A DNA stretch of 64,000 nt from Phaeosaccion multiseriatum (GCA_965112735.1 OZ218953.1:3348001-3412000); one strand, 5' to 3'. Shown: positions 50,418-62,877, counted from the first letter of the stretch. The notes: generated by a model not told the origin, from the sequence alone. Numbers and translations are program-made.

Positions 50418-50781
50418 CCACTTTCCCTCCCTTCCTTCCTTCCCTTCCCACTTCACCTCCCCTGTCAGAAGTCTAGCTTTAGCTTTGCTGTAGCCTATTT
50501 GGACGTCCACTGTACAGGGCTTTTACAACGCCCTCCTCGGTTTTAAGGCGATTTGGACGTACCACAGTTTGGGCCCCCGGGGTTTTTGGGTCACAGGGAG
50601 ATCATAGAGAGAAAGAGCAAGCAATAAGAAAAAAAAAATAGAAAAGGAAAGAGAGAAGAAGTGAGAGAGCCTTTTCCTATAAAGGAGGCTTTTCATTTGC
50701 TTGGCCGCCACTGAAGTGATCAGCGGAGGAAGGAAGGGCTGAGCGGAGGCGGGGGGGTAGGGCAAGCCGTCGGCGGTCAAG

Positions 50782-53700
50782 ATGGTGAGTAGAGCGATCG
50801 GATGGCGTCTTCGCTGCCCTTGACGGCTGCTCCGTCTCCTATTCGCAGTAGGACAACTGGACGAAGGGGTCCCGAAAGTGGACACGTTTGCGTGTCTGAA
50901 GCTGTCTATCTCCTCCTCTCGGTCTTCCCTTGCGCCCGACTGACTCCCTTCCAGCTGTTGCCCGTCCTTGTGTCCCTCACCATTCGCCCTCACCTCACCC
51001 AGAGGGTACTACGACCTCCTTCTCTACCCCTTGTCTACATCCCTTGTGACTCCACTCCCCCTTCATCCGCCGGACTCATCCCTCTCCGCTCTCTCGCTCT
51101 CTCGCTCCCTCTCCACCCCTCGAGCGGCCCCCGCTGAAGCGACTAAAACGACCTCTCTCTTCCTCCTCTTTCCTCCCTACCAGGCGGGCACTGGAGAGCG
51201 CGGGGCGGGGCTGGCGGCCGACCTGAATATGCGCAGCTGGGAGGAGGCGGAGTTCCCCATCCTGTGCGAGACGTGCCTGGGAGACAACCCGTATATCCGC
51301 ATGACCAAGGAGAGGGCAGGCAAGAGCTGCAAGGTGTGCGAGCGGCCCTTCACAGGTGAGAAAACCGTAAGCTTGTCAGCTCTCTCCTCTCCGCGGCCTA
51401 CACGCTGCTGCTGGGTGCTCTTCACCCACCCCTCCAACCCATGCATCCTGATTTCTCCATTTCCGCACTCCGATACGATATCGGAAAGTGGGAAGCCCCT
51501 CCTCTGAGCATAACAGCCAACCAATCCGTCCCTCTCTCTCTCTCTCTCCCGTCCTTGTTGTGTGTCTTGCCCGTGCCTTTGCCCGTTCTCCCCAACGAAG
51601 CGTTCCGCTGGCGGCCTGGGACGAATGCCCGCTTCAAGAGCACTCAGCTCTGTCAGGCGTGTGCCAAGATTAAGAACGTTTGTCAGACGTGCGTGCTGGA
51701 CCTACAGTACGGTGAGTAGTGTGTGTCCTTACGTAACTGGGTGCTTGTCTCAACAGGGAGGGAAGGGTGCACGCAGTAACATGGTGCTAGTGTGTACTGC
51801 TCATGTGCTAACATTGTACTGATGCTGTGATGTCCTACCCTCCTACCCTACAGGCTTGCCGGTGGAGGTGCGGGACCGCTTCTTGGCGGAGGAGGAGAAG
51901 ACCATGGTGCCCACGAGTGATGCCAATAGGTGAGCTGGGTAGCACAGGAGAGGAGTTGGGGGGGCCAATTCCATTACCCTCTTCACTCCCCGCCGTCGTT
52001 GACTGAGCAACGCTATGTTTACACATGGGTTTTCTCCTCCTCCTTCGCTTTGCTTTATTTCCCCCATGTCCCTCTCTCGCACACACGCACGCACAGAGAA
52101 TGGATGCAGCAGCAGCAGCTAGCGAAGCTGGCGAACGGCGACAATCCCTACGAGGGCCAGAAGCCCAACGAAAAGCTGCTGCGCATGGCGCGCACTCAGC
52201 CCTACTACAAGCGAAACCTCCCGCACAAGTGCTCCTTCTACGCCCGCGGGGAGTGCAACAGAGGAGACAAGTGCCCCTTCACGTGCGTGTGTGGCAACGA
52301 TCTGTTTAGCGTGGGTGTGCCTGTCTGACATCCTTCTTGTGCCATGTGGTGGAGTGAGTGGGTTGCCGCTTGAGGGAAAGCGGCGGGTGGGACTGGACAT
52401 GGGAGCGTAGAAAGAACGAGCGAAGCCCACCTTAAGCTTTGTGGCCCTCTTTGGGCGCCATTTTTTGGGACATGCGTGGGACAGGCGGGCCTGCGTCCTC
52501 CTGCTGTGGCGCTGAGGACAACGGGGAAGGACGTCTATGGAGGCAAAGGCCCTATGGACAGAGGAGCTGATACTTCGCCCTTCCTCTGGGTTTCTTCTCC
52601 CCCGCCCCCTAATCACCCTCCATCCCTCCCTGCCTGCCTCCCTCCCTGCCTCCCTACCTGTCTCTCTCCCTGCCTCCCACCCTCCCTCTCTCCCTCCCTC
52701 CCTCCCTCCCCACTACATCGTCACAACCTCACACACAACACAACCCACAAACACACGCACACACACCGCAGACATGAGATGCCCAAGGACAAGAGCGACC
52801 CTTTGCACAACCAAAACACGCAGGACCGCTTCTACGGCAAGAATGACCCCGTGGCGGCCAAGATGTTGAAGCGGATGGAGGAGAGACCGCAGCTCAGAGT
52901 GCCGGACGACAAGACCATTTGCACGCTGTGGGTAGGGCTGGAGAGGCTGCAGGGCTCCTCGCAGCAAGACCTAAAGGACGCATTTTATCACTTTGGTGCG
53001 TGGGGGATGAAAGGCATCAGAAGGAGGGAGGGATAGTGGGAGATGGACTTGGCATTCCTTTTCGTTGTTGGGTTTTGGTTCTGTGCACTCCCTTCTCGTG
53101 TTCCTCAGCAACCCCCGTCCGTCCTCCCCCCCCGTCCGCTCAACGCATGGTTTGGTCTCCGGTAGGCGAAATCAAGTCCATCCGAATGAACCCAACGAAG
53201 AATTGCGCCTTTGTGGAGTTCACCACAAGGGAGGCGGCGGAGGCAGCGGCCAACGCAACGTACCGAACCCTCGAGATCAAGGGGCAAAAGGCCAGGGTCA
53301 ACTTTGCGTCCTTTGTACAGAGCAGGGGCGGGGATGGGTCTGAAGAAGGGGGTGGCAGTAGAGGGGGTGGCGGTGGGCAGCAGCAGCAGCAGGGTGGTGG
53401 TGGTGGTGGTGGAGGAGGAGGAGGAGGAGGAGGAGGAGGGGGCGGGGGGGCACCAGCAGCTCCTTCGAATTACCTGCCCCCCCCTCCGGGCTTGCCTGCA
53501 CACCTCGCCGTCCCCGCCCTGCCTCAGCTGCAAGCCTACCAGCCCCCTGCGATGCCCTCTTACGCAGCCTTCGCCAACAGAGGGGGGCCGGGCCCGCCAC
53601 CGCAGATGATGGGGGGGGGGAGGGGAGGAGGGCCAGGGGCGCCGGGGCCGGGGGCGGGGAGGGGGTACGGGTATGGGCCCGTGCGAACGGGGGGTAGAGG

Positions 53701-53833
53701 AGGAGGGAGAGGAGGAGGAGGAGGAGGAGGAGGCCGGGGCTACGTGCCTGTCAATGTGCCCCGCCCCAACTATCCAAGTATGAACTCCAAGAGGATGGGG
53801 GCGTCCACGTCCTCTAACCCTGCCCAGGCATAA
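50782..53833 (+). CDS. RBM22: Pre-mRNA splicing factor RBM22/Slt11 (Zn fingers + CCCH + RRM, G/P-rich tail)
   Basis: [97 protein letters not shown]. First coding exon inferred to be ATG only. Confidence 0.95.
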
Positions 53834-54148
53834 GTATTGTAGGGACGAGCGTGGCTGTGCCCGTGCTGGCTCTGCCGGTGGTGCGCTGGGCCAGGCCTTC
53901 CCTCCATAACCCATAAATTGAAAAGTCGAATTCATCAAAAAAGTCACAGGCTGTCGTTGGTTGTCGAACAGCCCAAGCAAACTGAAACTGAAAGAAAAGT
54001 ACCAACCGTCAAACAACTTTTAAGTACCTTGGTGGTACAGAGGCTGGACGACAGGCTTGTCGAGAAGGTCCGCCAAGCTTTGGGCATATCGGGTTGGGAG
54101 TAGTCTAGCGATACGCTTGCTGAGAAGTTCCCTCATTTTTCCCTGACG

Positions 54149-57100
54149 ATGACCTCCTTCAGCAAGAGCACGACGCCGCGAGAGTGCATGAAGGACCAAG
54201 AAGATGAAGCGGAAGTTCTTCCAGGTCCAGGGCACTACGACGTGAATTTCATAGATGGAAAAGGTCTTGGTGGGGCGGTAAGCTTGTCTTTCACCGGCAA
54301 GAAAGGCACCTTGGCTGAGCTTTCGCAGGAGGCCCAAGCGATGTCTTCCTTCTCGTCAAGAGCTTCACTCTCACATAAGGACATCAGGCGTATGTCAACC
54401 GCGGCTCGGGGGAGCAAAGCAACCAGGACAAGGTCCATGGGGCCTGCCGCCTTCCGAGCAGCAGCCGCAGGACTGGCCAACGGCGAGGGAGGAGGAGGGG
54501 GAGGGTCGTCGAGGAAGGCACTGGTGGAGCTGGAGGAGAAGAACAAGCAGCTTGGGCTGGTGGAGAGAGAGAGAACGAACCTCGAGGGGGCCTTGGAGGT
54601 GAGCTATTGTTGTGCATCCTGGTGTTCCATACCTCACGACTGACTGCTAGAGTCTGAAGAAGCAGACATGATACAGCATTGCCGCATCGAAGATTTCTAG
54701 GCCTGACTCTGGGGAGGCACCGTTGCCCCCGAGAAAGCTCTACCGTACCGTCCAATGGTCGGGAAGACCGCTACTCTTCCATTTGGCGCGATATACGCGG
54801 CGCCTCTCGGAAAGGCATCTCAATTGCCTGTCGGTCACCTGCCCTCCCCCCACACCTCTCCCTGTCTCCTAAATTATACACCTCAATAGGCTCTGCGTCG
54901 CGAGAGGGAGGTCCTGGTCAAGCGGGACAGAGAGGCTAAGAGAGAGATTGACAGCCTGTGTGCAGAAAAGGTTTGTATCGCACTTGTTTGAGTTTCTTCG
55001 CAGTCCGCTCCCTCTCCCTACCGCCCCCGCTTCACGCGATTTCTTACCACGCTGCTCTTCTTCCCGTCACCCTGCGGCTGTGGCTGCTGCTGCTCTGACT
55101 GCTGCAGGTCCGTCTGGAGAAGGCTCAGCGCCTGGCCCTGCGCCAGGTCGAGGAGCGGCAGAGCGCCAAGCACGTGCAGCAGCTCGAGAAGGAGAACGTC
55201 GCCAACGTCCAGCAGGTACACCTCCTCACCTCTAGGTTGGCAGAGCTCGTAGCTTTCGATGCTTCTTAACCTCCTCTTCTACTGTAGCTGTAGTCGTATC
55301 CGATGCGTAGAAAGACGTATGGAGACGGACGAGTCACACCTCCACGTGGTCACTCAGCCACATCGTTGTGTCTCTGACGTGACACACCTGTGTACGTGTC
55401 GGTGCTGTGAAGGTGAAGCACCTGGAGGAGGAGAGGGAGGGGCTTCGGGAGCTGCAGAGCCAGCTACAGGCGGAGGTGCAGCGCATCGGAGAGGAGGCCG
55501 AGGGGGTGGAGGAGGGCAGGCAGCGCTGGCTACAGGAGGCCCAAGGCATCGCCAGCGACCTGCTGCAGGTGAACGGGAGGGTGTGAGTGCGTGGGTGGGT
55601 GCGTGGTATCTCGCAGGGCACGAAAGGTGTCGTTCTCAAGGCATACATACACAATCGGCCCCCCCCCCCCCGCTTCTTTACAGGCTCCCCTACTTGGTAG
55701 ATCGTCCATCTGATGCCCCCCTTTCCCTCTTCCCCTTGCTCGGTAATGTGTTTTCGATATGTACATTCGTGCATGTGTGCGTGCGTCTGCGGCTGCCTAC
55801 CCGCCACAAATACGACAGGCAGAGCGAGCTAACGACACCCTGATGGGGGAGTGTGCCATCGTCGAGAAGGAGCGTCAGGAGCTGCTACGCGAGAAGGAGG
55901 TGCTCACCTCCCAACTGGAGGCCTCGGCAGAGACAGCCAACTGCCTGCAAACGGAGATACAGCTGCAGCGTGCGGCGCAGGAGCAGCTGGAGGAGGAGGC
56001 CGCCCACCTCAAGCTGTCGCTCAAGGAGCAGGAGCAAGGGCACGCCTCCGAGATGGAGGAGGTGCAAGCGGAGGTTGCAGGGGCGCTCAAAGTCACGGAG
56101 GAGCAAGTCGCACAGCTCAGGGCCAAGTTGGAGGCGTCGCGTAAGGAAGCGGACACGCTTGGCGAGGTGAATGGCATCGCCCGCCAGGAGAAGGAAGAGG
56201 TGGAAGGGCTGCTGCACTGCACCGAGGCCACTCTGGAGGAGCTAGCAGAGGCTTATGAGGAGCTGCTGGAGACGCATGAGAAGCAGGGGGAGGAGGTGGA
56301 GGAGCTCGCGGGGAAGCTCGAGCAAGCCGGGGAGTATTTGGAGCGCCTTACAGAGGAGAAGGAGGGCCTCACAAAGGAGAAGGAGGGTCTTACAGAGCAG
56401 AAGGAGGAAGCGCAGCGCGAGCTGTCGGAGGCGCAGCGAAGGCACATGGAGGAGATGGGAGACGGCTCAAAGAGGGCGGCGGAGGAGAAGGAGAAGGAGG
56501 TGGAGGCCGCAAAGGAACGATTCGAAGAGGAGCTCGCACGGACGAGAGGGGAGGTGGACACGTTGAAGGGGGTAAGGGTGCACCTGACCGAGGCGCTGTC
56601 GGCGGCGCATGAGCAGGGGCACATGGCACAGGAGGATCTGGAAGAGTGTAAGAGGAAGGCGGAGGAGCTGAGCCAGGCCCTGGAGAGAAGGGAGCAGGAG
56701 AAGGAGCAGGTGAGCGGTGCGCTCAAGCGGCTGACGATGACGCACGTGGAGCGGGCTGAGCAGATGGCCCGATTGGAGGGCCTCCTGTCGCAGAGGGAAG
56801 GGGCGGCCCAGCAGCTGCAAACCACGTTGCTCATCAGCGAGGAGGAGAACACCAAGGTCAGTAAGCCAGTAAGATTGAGTATTGTAGCGGCGGCGCCTCA
56901 AAATCACCATCGCACGGGCTGGGGAGAGAGACCAGAGGTGCTTGTGTGTAAGCTTACGTAGGAAATTTGGCGGACCGACGCATGTGCCACGAGTGTGGGA
57001 GTCTCTTGTCTCACTCTCTCACTCTCTCCCTCCCTCATGGTGCTGCCCCAATGAGCGGGAACGCCACTCACCTCCCATTTTTTCTCCCTCCCTTCCTCCC

Positions 57101-60100
57101 TCAGATGCAAACACAAGTGCAGGACAGAGACGCTAGGATCGAGAAGCTCAAGGGCGGGCACGTCATCGCCAAGCGCCTGCTGGACCAGCTCAAGCTCAGC
57201 CTGCAGGAGAGCCAAGGTAAGCCCGGGCGGACAGACCGACATACTGACGTGGTAGGCGTGTGAGGTGCACTTGTCCCCGCTCCCGGCGCAGGCAACAGAT
57301 GAAAAGCGAGGACAGCATGCCTTCCTCCCCACCCCAACAAAGCCCTCTCACCATCTTCCCTCCCTCCCTGCGTCCTTGCGTGCGTGTGTGCGTGCGTGGG
57401 TACTACTCCCTCTCTCTCTCCCCTCTGTGGGCTGTGTCATGCCACTCCACACGCACGAAAGACGAGCTGGCGACTGCCCAGAGCGACATTGAGGTGCTTC
57501 AATCCTCCGTCAAGGAGAAAGAGCAGCAAGTGCAAGACTTCAAGGAGCGGGCCGAGAGCGCGGATGCGAAGGTACGGAAGGGGATATATGAGCATGGTGA
57601 ATAGAAGGTGAAGAAGGTTCTACGAACTGTGATGTATGAGAAGGGCCAGAGGCAGGCACACATTATTCTTCTTGTTTCACCCCTTCCTGCGAGTAGGTGG
57701 ACGCTCTGAGCGAAGAGCAGCGGCAAACAAAAGAGCAGCTGCAGACAGTCAAGGCTGCCTCCTTGGTTGCCGAGGAAGAGGCGCGGGCCAGCGCTGAGAA
57801 GGCGGTCCGCGAGAGAGAGGCGCGCATCGAGGAACACCGGGTAGAGATTGGGGCCGTACACGCAGAGCTGCAACGGGTCAGAGTGGAGCAGCTGCGGCAG
57901 ACGGAGGACAGCTGGGGCAAGCGGGTGAAGACGGTGGAGGAGGAGAGAGATGGTTTGGGCAAGAGAGTAAGGGAGGGGGAGGAAGAGAGAGATGCGCTGA
58001 GCGAGCGCCTGCGCGAGGCAGAGGAGGCGAAGGCAGCGCTGGAGTATCGCTGCTCCAACATTAGGGAGGAGGTGAGTGAGCGACACAGACGCCCCAAGTG
58101 GATTACGGATGGGCAGACTGACTGACTGACTGACAGAAAGGTAGCAGCTCTCTCTGGACGCTTGTCTCTTTTCTTTAGGAAACTCCGGGGGGAGGGGGAG
58201 AGAGGCCTCTGATGGACGGAAGATAGAGAAGCTCAGCTCGCATCCGCCCCCTCCACCCTCTCCTTTCAGAAAGTGCTCAACTCACCTTTGGGCGGCCCTC
58301 CCTGTGCCCTGTCGTTTGTGTGTGTGCTGCCCCTCGTCCCTGGCCATCAATGTGATGCCATGGACCAGCTTCTGGTGGGACAGTGTACCGTCGAGGAGCT
58401 GCAGCAGGAGCTTGAGAGGGTGCAGGAGCAGGTGCAGGAGCAGGCCTCCCTCGGCGCGGAGCAGCAGGAGCAGGTACAACATCTTACCCTGCAGCTTCAA
58501 GAGATGGCGGATCAGCTTCGAGCGGCCAGCGACAAGGCAGAGAGGGACACACAGGCACATGACGGCGAACTGGCTTTAGAGAGAGAAGCCAGAGATGCAG
58601 TCGAGGGCACGGTGCGTGAGTGTGGGAGTGAGGGAGTGAGTAGGTGCGGGAGTGAGGTGTGTCCCTGAGCGTTGCCTTACTTACATTTCTGGTCTCTGTG
58701 GGTCTTTCCCCGACAACGTGTTGTGTGCATCGCCGTTGATCGACCTCGGCATTGTTTCTCTCTCTCTCCTTCCCTCCCCTCCTCCCTTGTCGTCTATACC
58801 CTCAGCTGAGGGAGCTGGAGGAGGAGCTGATCCTCCTTAGAGAGGCGCACGAGCAAGCCGAGCAGGGCAGAGAATCGGCGGAGGGCGCGCTCGAGCTCCA
58901 GACAGAGGAGCGACGCGCCAAGGAGGATGCTTACAAGGCAGAGCAGGAGCAGCTGCAGCAAGAGCACCAACGGGAGAGGGAAGTGCTACTGGAGACGGAG
59001 GAGACTCTCCAGCTGGAGTTGAGGGACTTGCAGGAGGACAAGGAGAGGGCGGAGGAGGCGCAGAGCTACCTGAAGGAGGAGGTGTGTCAGCTCAAGGAGG
59101 AGCTCGAGAGCTTCCGCGCCGGGATGGACGCCCGCAGCGCGGCCCACAGGCAGGAAGAGGAGCGACTCAAGTCACTGGTGAGTGGGGTGGGTGCCTGCGT
59201 GCGTGCTTTGTTGTGTGTGGGCCTAGTCGTCACTTGTTCATGCCACACCGCACCCCCCTCCCTCTTTCCTCTCCCCTTCTGACTTGTGACGGAATGAACG
59301 AACGACGAACGTACCGCCCACCAGGTGCAGCAGCTGGAGGAGCAGCGCCAAAGTTCGCAGGCCGAAGCCGCCGCCTTGCGCGAGGAAGTCGCGCAGAGCC
59401 GAGGGGGCGTCTCTGCGCAGGACCACGTGGAGGCGATGGAGGCTGCGGCTGTGGCGTCGCGCTCGCTGGCCCAGAGCGAGGAGCAGAGGCGGGAGGCCGA
59501 GGGGCGGGTGGAGAGACTGAAGGAGGAGGTCGACGCGGCCAGGTGATGCATCGAGAGAGGGAGAGAGAGGAGTAGTAGTCGCAAGTTTGAGTCCTGTGCC
59601 TGTGTCGGTGTCGTTTGTGTTGCCAAAGGCCGTGTGTCCGTTTGTGGTCGCCTGGCACCTCCCACTTATTTAGCTACTATTCCCCCCTTCCCCCCCGCTA
59701 TGGACACACACACAGAGAGGAGGCGCTTGCCTCGGTGGCGGAAAAGTGGCGTGAGGCAGAGGCGCTCTTACAGGAGGCCCGGGCCATGCGGGACGAGGCC
59801 CTGCAGGCATCTGAAGGTGGGCACTTTGAAGAGGGGGAGTAGGTAGTCGAGCGGGTTGTCCGGGACATGTTTATCGTGCGTGATTTCAGCGGAGGTGGGC
59901 AGGAAGGAGAGCAAAGAGAGATTGCGAAAGGCGCATAGGTCGGGGTGAGGCGCGCTCACATGGCTCTCAGCGGGAATATTTTCTTCTGGTTAAGCTTGTC
60001 GCCACACTTGGTTCCGCGCTTTGCGTCTTCCCCCTCGATCGTTTGACTTTAGGCACGCACCTGCTGCGGCGAGAGGCGGGCTCTGCGAGCAGAAGAGTGC

Positions 60101-60743
60101 AGCTCCTCACCAAGGAGAACGCAGAGCTCGCGGGGCACACCAACAACAGGCAGAAGATCCGCCACTTGCAGGTGCGTGCGTCGTGACGTACCGTCCGGTA
60201 GGCTGGCTGGGTAGGTGGGGAGGAAGGGAGGTAGGCAGGCAGGATTCAACTCAGTGTGGTGCAGCACGCACGACATGGGGAACGGCTCTCTCTCTCACAC
60301 ACACGCTGCTCTGTCTCTTTCAACTCTCCCTTTTCCCTCTCTCTCCCCTGCCTTGCGCATCATGGTGTATCTATCCATCTCAATGCCCACACGAAACACA
60401 CACACACACACCGCACACACAGGCGCTGAAGGAGGAGAACTGGGCTCTGATGCACGAGGTGGGGGTGCTCGATGACGATCTGCACCGAGCCGTGTCTCTC
60501 TTATGCCGCCTCGGCCTCGTGCCCAGCAGCATCCTCCCGTCCTCCTGCAGCCGGCCCTCCTGCGCCGTCGGCACCAGTGGGGCAGCGCACACGCACACGC
60601 TCAACAGCAAGAAGATACCGCAGGCACAGACAACACAGCGCCAAGAGCGGCAGTCGCTCGCGGCCCTCTCAGCCGTGGAGCGCCTCGACAACGCTCTCTT
60701 GTGGGCCAAGGTGCAGCAGGCGCGCCCCAAGGGCATTCACTGA
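54149..60743 (+). CDS. Long coiled-coil protein, HMMR/RHAMM-like (PGPGxY N-terminus, HMMR_C/kinesin-12-tail motif), about 14 exons
   Basis: PGPGHYDV near the N-terminus. About 1000 aa of E/Q/K/R heptads over in-frame exons. LAGHTNNRQKIRHLQ|ALKEEN near the C-terminus. Confidence 0.75.
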
Positions 60744-61012
60744 TGCGCGTGCGTGGAGGGAGTAGCTACGTAGTATAGGTAGGGAGAGCGACTTACAGAC
60801 GAGGAATACATAGCTAGGGAGAAGGGAGGGGGGAGAGGAACAGGACAATGCCTCTATACCATACGGCCGTGCTGCTTTACTCCCGTCGACCCTAACCTCC
60901 CGTCGACCCTGGAGGTTACAGTGTGCGCCGGCCATAATCAGTAATCAGATAACCTTGTCCAGGGACTAGGTTGAAGGTAGCAGCTAGTTGGCCGGTGGCC
61001 GGAGCAGGTAGC

Positions 61013-61133
61013 ACGTCGACCTCTCCCTTTTCTCTCCCCAATAGCTCCAGCAGGGGAAATAATGTTACGTGTCGGCTGACGTATTTTCTCCTCCTTACGT
61101 AACGTTCACATTTAGCGCGAAATTTTCACGTGA
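61013..61133. promoter_or_regulatory. Cluster of six ACGT cores (incl. TGACGT, TTACGTAA, TCACGTGA) plus E2F-like TTTCGCGC
   Basis: ACGT at 61013, 61067, 61079, 61097, 61102 and 61128. GCGCGAAA at 61115-22. About 150 bp upstream of ATG 61280. Confidence 0.4.
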
Positions 61134-61279
61134 TGCCATGCACGCATTTTCGTCCCATCATCTCAATCCTTCACAATACTTTCCCCCCCAAGGATCTACC
61201 CAAGATAGGATATCCCCCCCCCATTGATTAATACCCCCTCCACTCTCTATCACTATTTCAGCCCCCTCCGAGGCAAAGA

Positions 61280-62877
61280 ATGTCTGACACTCGTGACACT
61301 GGAGATGTCATTGAACAGCTCCTCCGTTGCTCGGAGCTCCAGACTTTATGCGATGAGACGGCGTCGTGCGATATTTGCCAGGATGCCGAGGCCGATGTGT
61401 CCCTCGTGTTCCGGGGATTCACTTACGACGCCCCCATCTCTGAAGACTACGATCCGGGAGCCTGCGGCGGCGTAGAGTGAGTGAATTGAGAGGGGACTGG
61501 GGGCTGTTCAACTTGGCTGTTCAACTGGTGGGGGCCAGAGGGCGTGTTTGCACTGCGTGTTGAGGGGGCGGCTGACTGAGAAAGGCACTAAGGGAGGGTG
61601 ATGAACAGAGGGGGAGCGTTGAAGAGCAGTTTTCTTATATGGTGGCTGCTGACTGGTGGGGGCGCAGAGGGGGCAGGGTCATTATCAGGAGAAGTGCTGA
61701 CAACGGAGATTCAATGAGGAAATGCAGCCAAGCAACGTGTCCTTTGCTAACTTGACTGACGCCCCATCCTCTTATGCGACGCACCCTTGAATACACAGGA
61801 ACGATCAGTGTCTACTGTTTGGCCCTGTATTGTTTGGGGCGGATGCCGCCTCTAAAGGCTGCAGCACCACGGAGGGACTTCATGTCGACGTTTTGAACTG
61901 TCTCGCCAACGTTACCTGCGGATCGACCGGCTTGGATTTGACCAAGTGCGCGGTTCGGCCCACCGACAGCACGCCCGCCCCCGCTGCGAGCACCACCCCT
62001 GCCCCTGCTGAGTCCGAGCCCGACACCAGAAGCACCACCACCACCCCTGCCCCTGAGTCCAGCACCACAAGCACCAGCACCACCCCTGCCCCTGAGTCCA
62101 GCACCACAAGCACCAGCACCACCCCTGCCCCTGAGTCCAGCACCACAAGCACCGACTCCACCCCTGCCCCTGCTGAATCCGACACCAGAAGCACCACCAT
62201 CACCCCTGCCCCTGAGTCCAGCACCACAAGCACCGACACCACCCCTGCCCCTGAGTCCACCACCGGCAACGAATATACCTCGTTGACGCTGGACGACGAT
62301 GTCTGTCAGGCGGAGTACGATGCGCTCTCTGCATGTCTTCAGGACGGCTCGTGCCCATGGTGCTGGGATGACCGCGACCAGGACATCGACTCAACGCCTA
62401 CGGACATTGCCCCAAATTCTCCATTTTTCTCAGGCCCGGAGTTTAGGACGTTGGCAGACTTCTGCGCAGAGTGAGTTCCATGTGGGGGCAGGGGCGATGG
62501 CTTGCGCATGCTCTGCTCTGCTTGGTTGGGTCAAGTACTTACCCCGTGTCCGCCGACTTGCTCCCCTCCCTCCCTCCCTCCCTCCCTCCCACGCGTATAG
62601 CACCGGGCACTGCGAACGATTCGCGGAGTCTTACTCCGTCTGCACGGCGTCGGATAGATGGTTGGCTGTCGTTCAGTGCCAGTACCAGGCCATCTGCAGC
62701 GCGGCGGGCGTCAGCGTGCCCGACATTGGCGCGTGTGCCGCGGGCACTGTCCGGCAGAGCGACAATGCTGCAGCAGGCCGATTCCCCCCTCTGGGAGGCT
62801 ACGGCGTCACACAGGCACTTTCCGCCACCCTCACCGCCGTGCTCTTCCTCAAGGGTCTCCGCTTTGGCGGGTGGTAG
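61280..62877 (+). CDS. Cys-rich mucin-like surface protein (two 10-Cys domains, T/S/P stalk, GPI-like C-terminus)
   Basis: Exons 61280-61476, 61799-62470 and 62601-62877 splice in frame. TTPAPESSTTS repeats. Hydrophobic C-terminal tail. Confidence 0.75.
61975..62262 (+). repeat. 39-bp coding tandem repeat (TTPAPESSTTSTS) with higher-order variants
   Basis: ACCACCCCTGCCCCTGAGTCCAGCACCACAAGCACC repeated. Confidence 0.9.

Noticed and set aside
55759-56961. 400-aa coiled-coil ORF as a separate gene
   Set aside because: It is one internal exon (about 55819-56856) of the HMMR-like gene and splices in frame on both sides.
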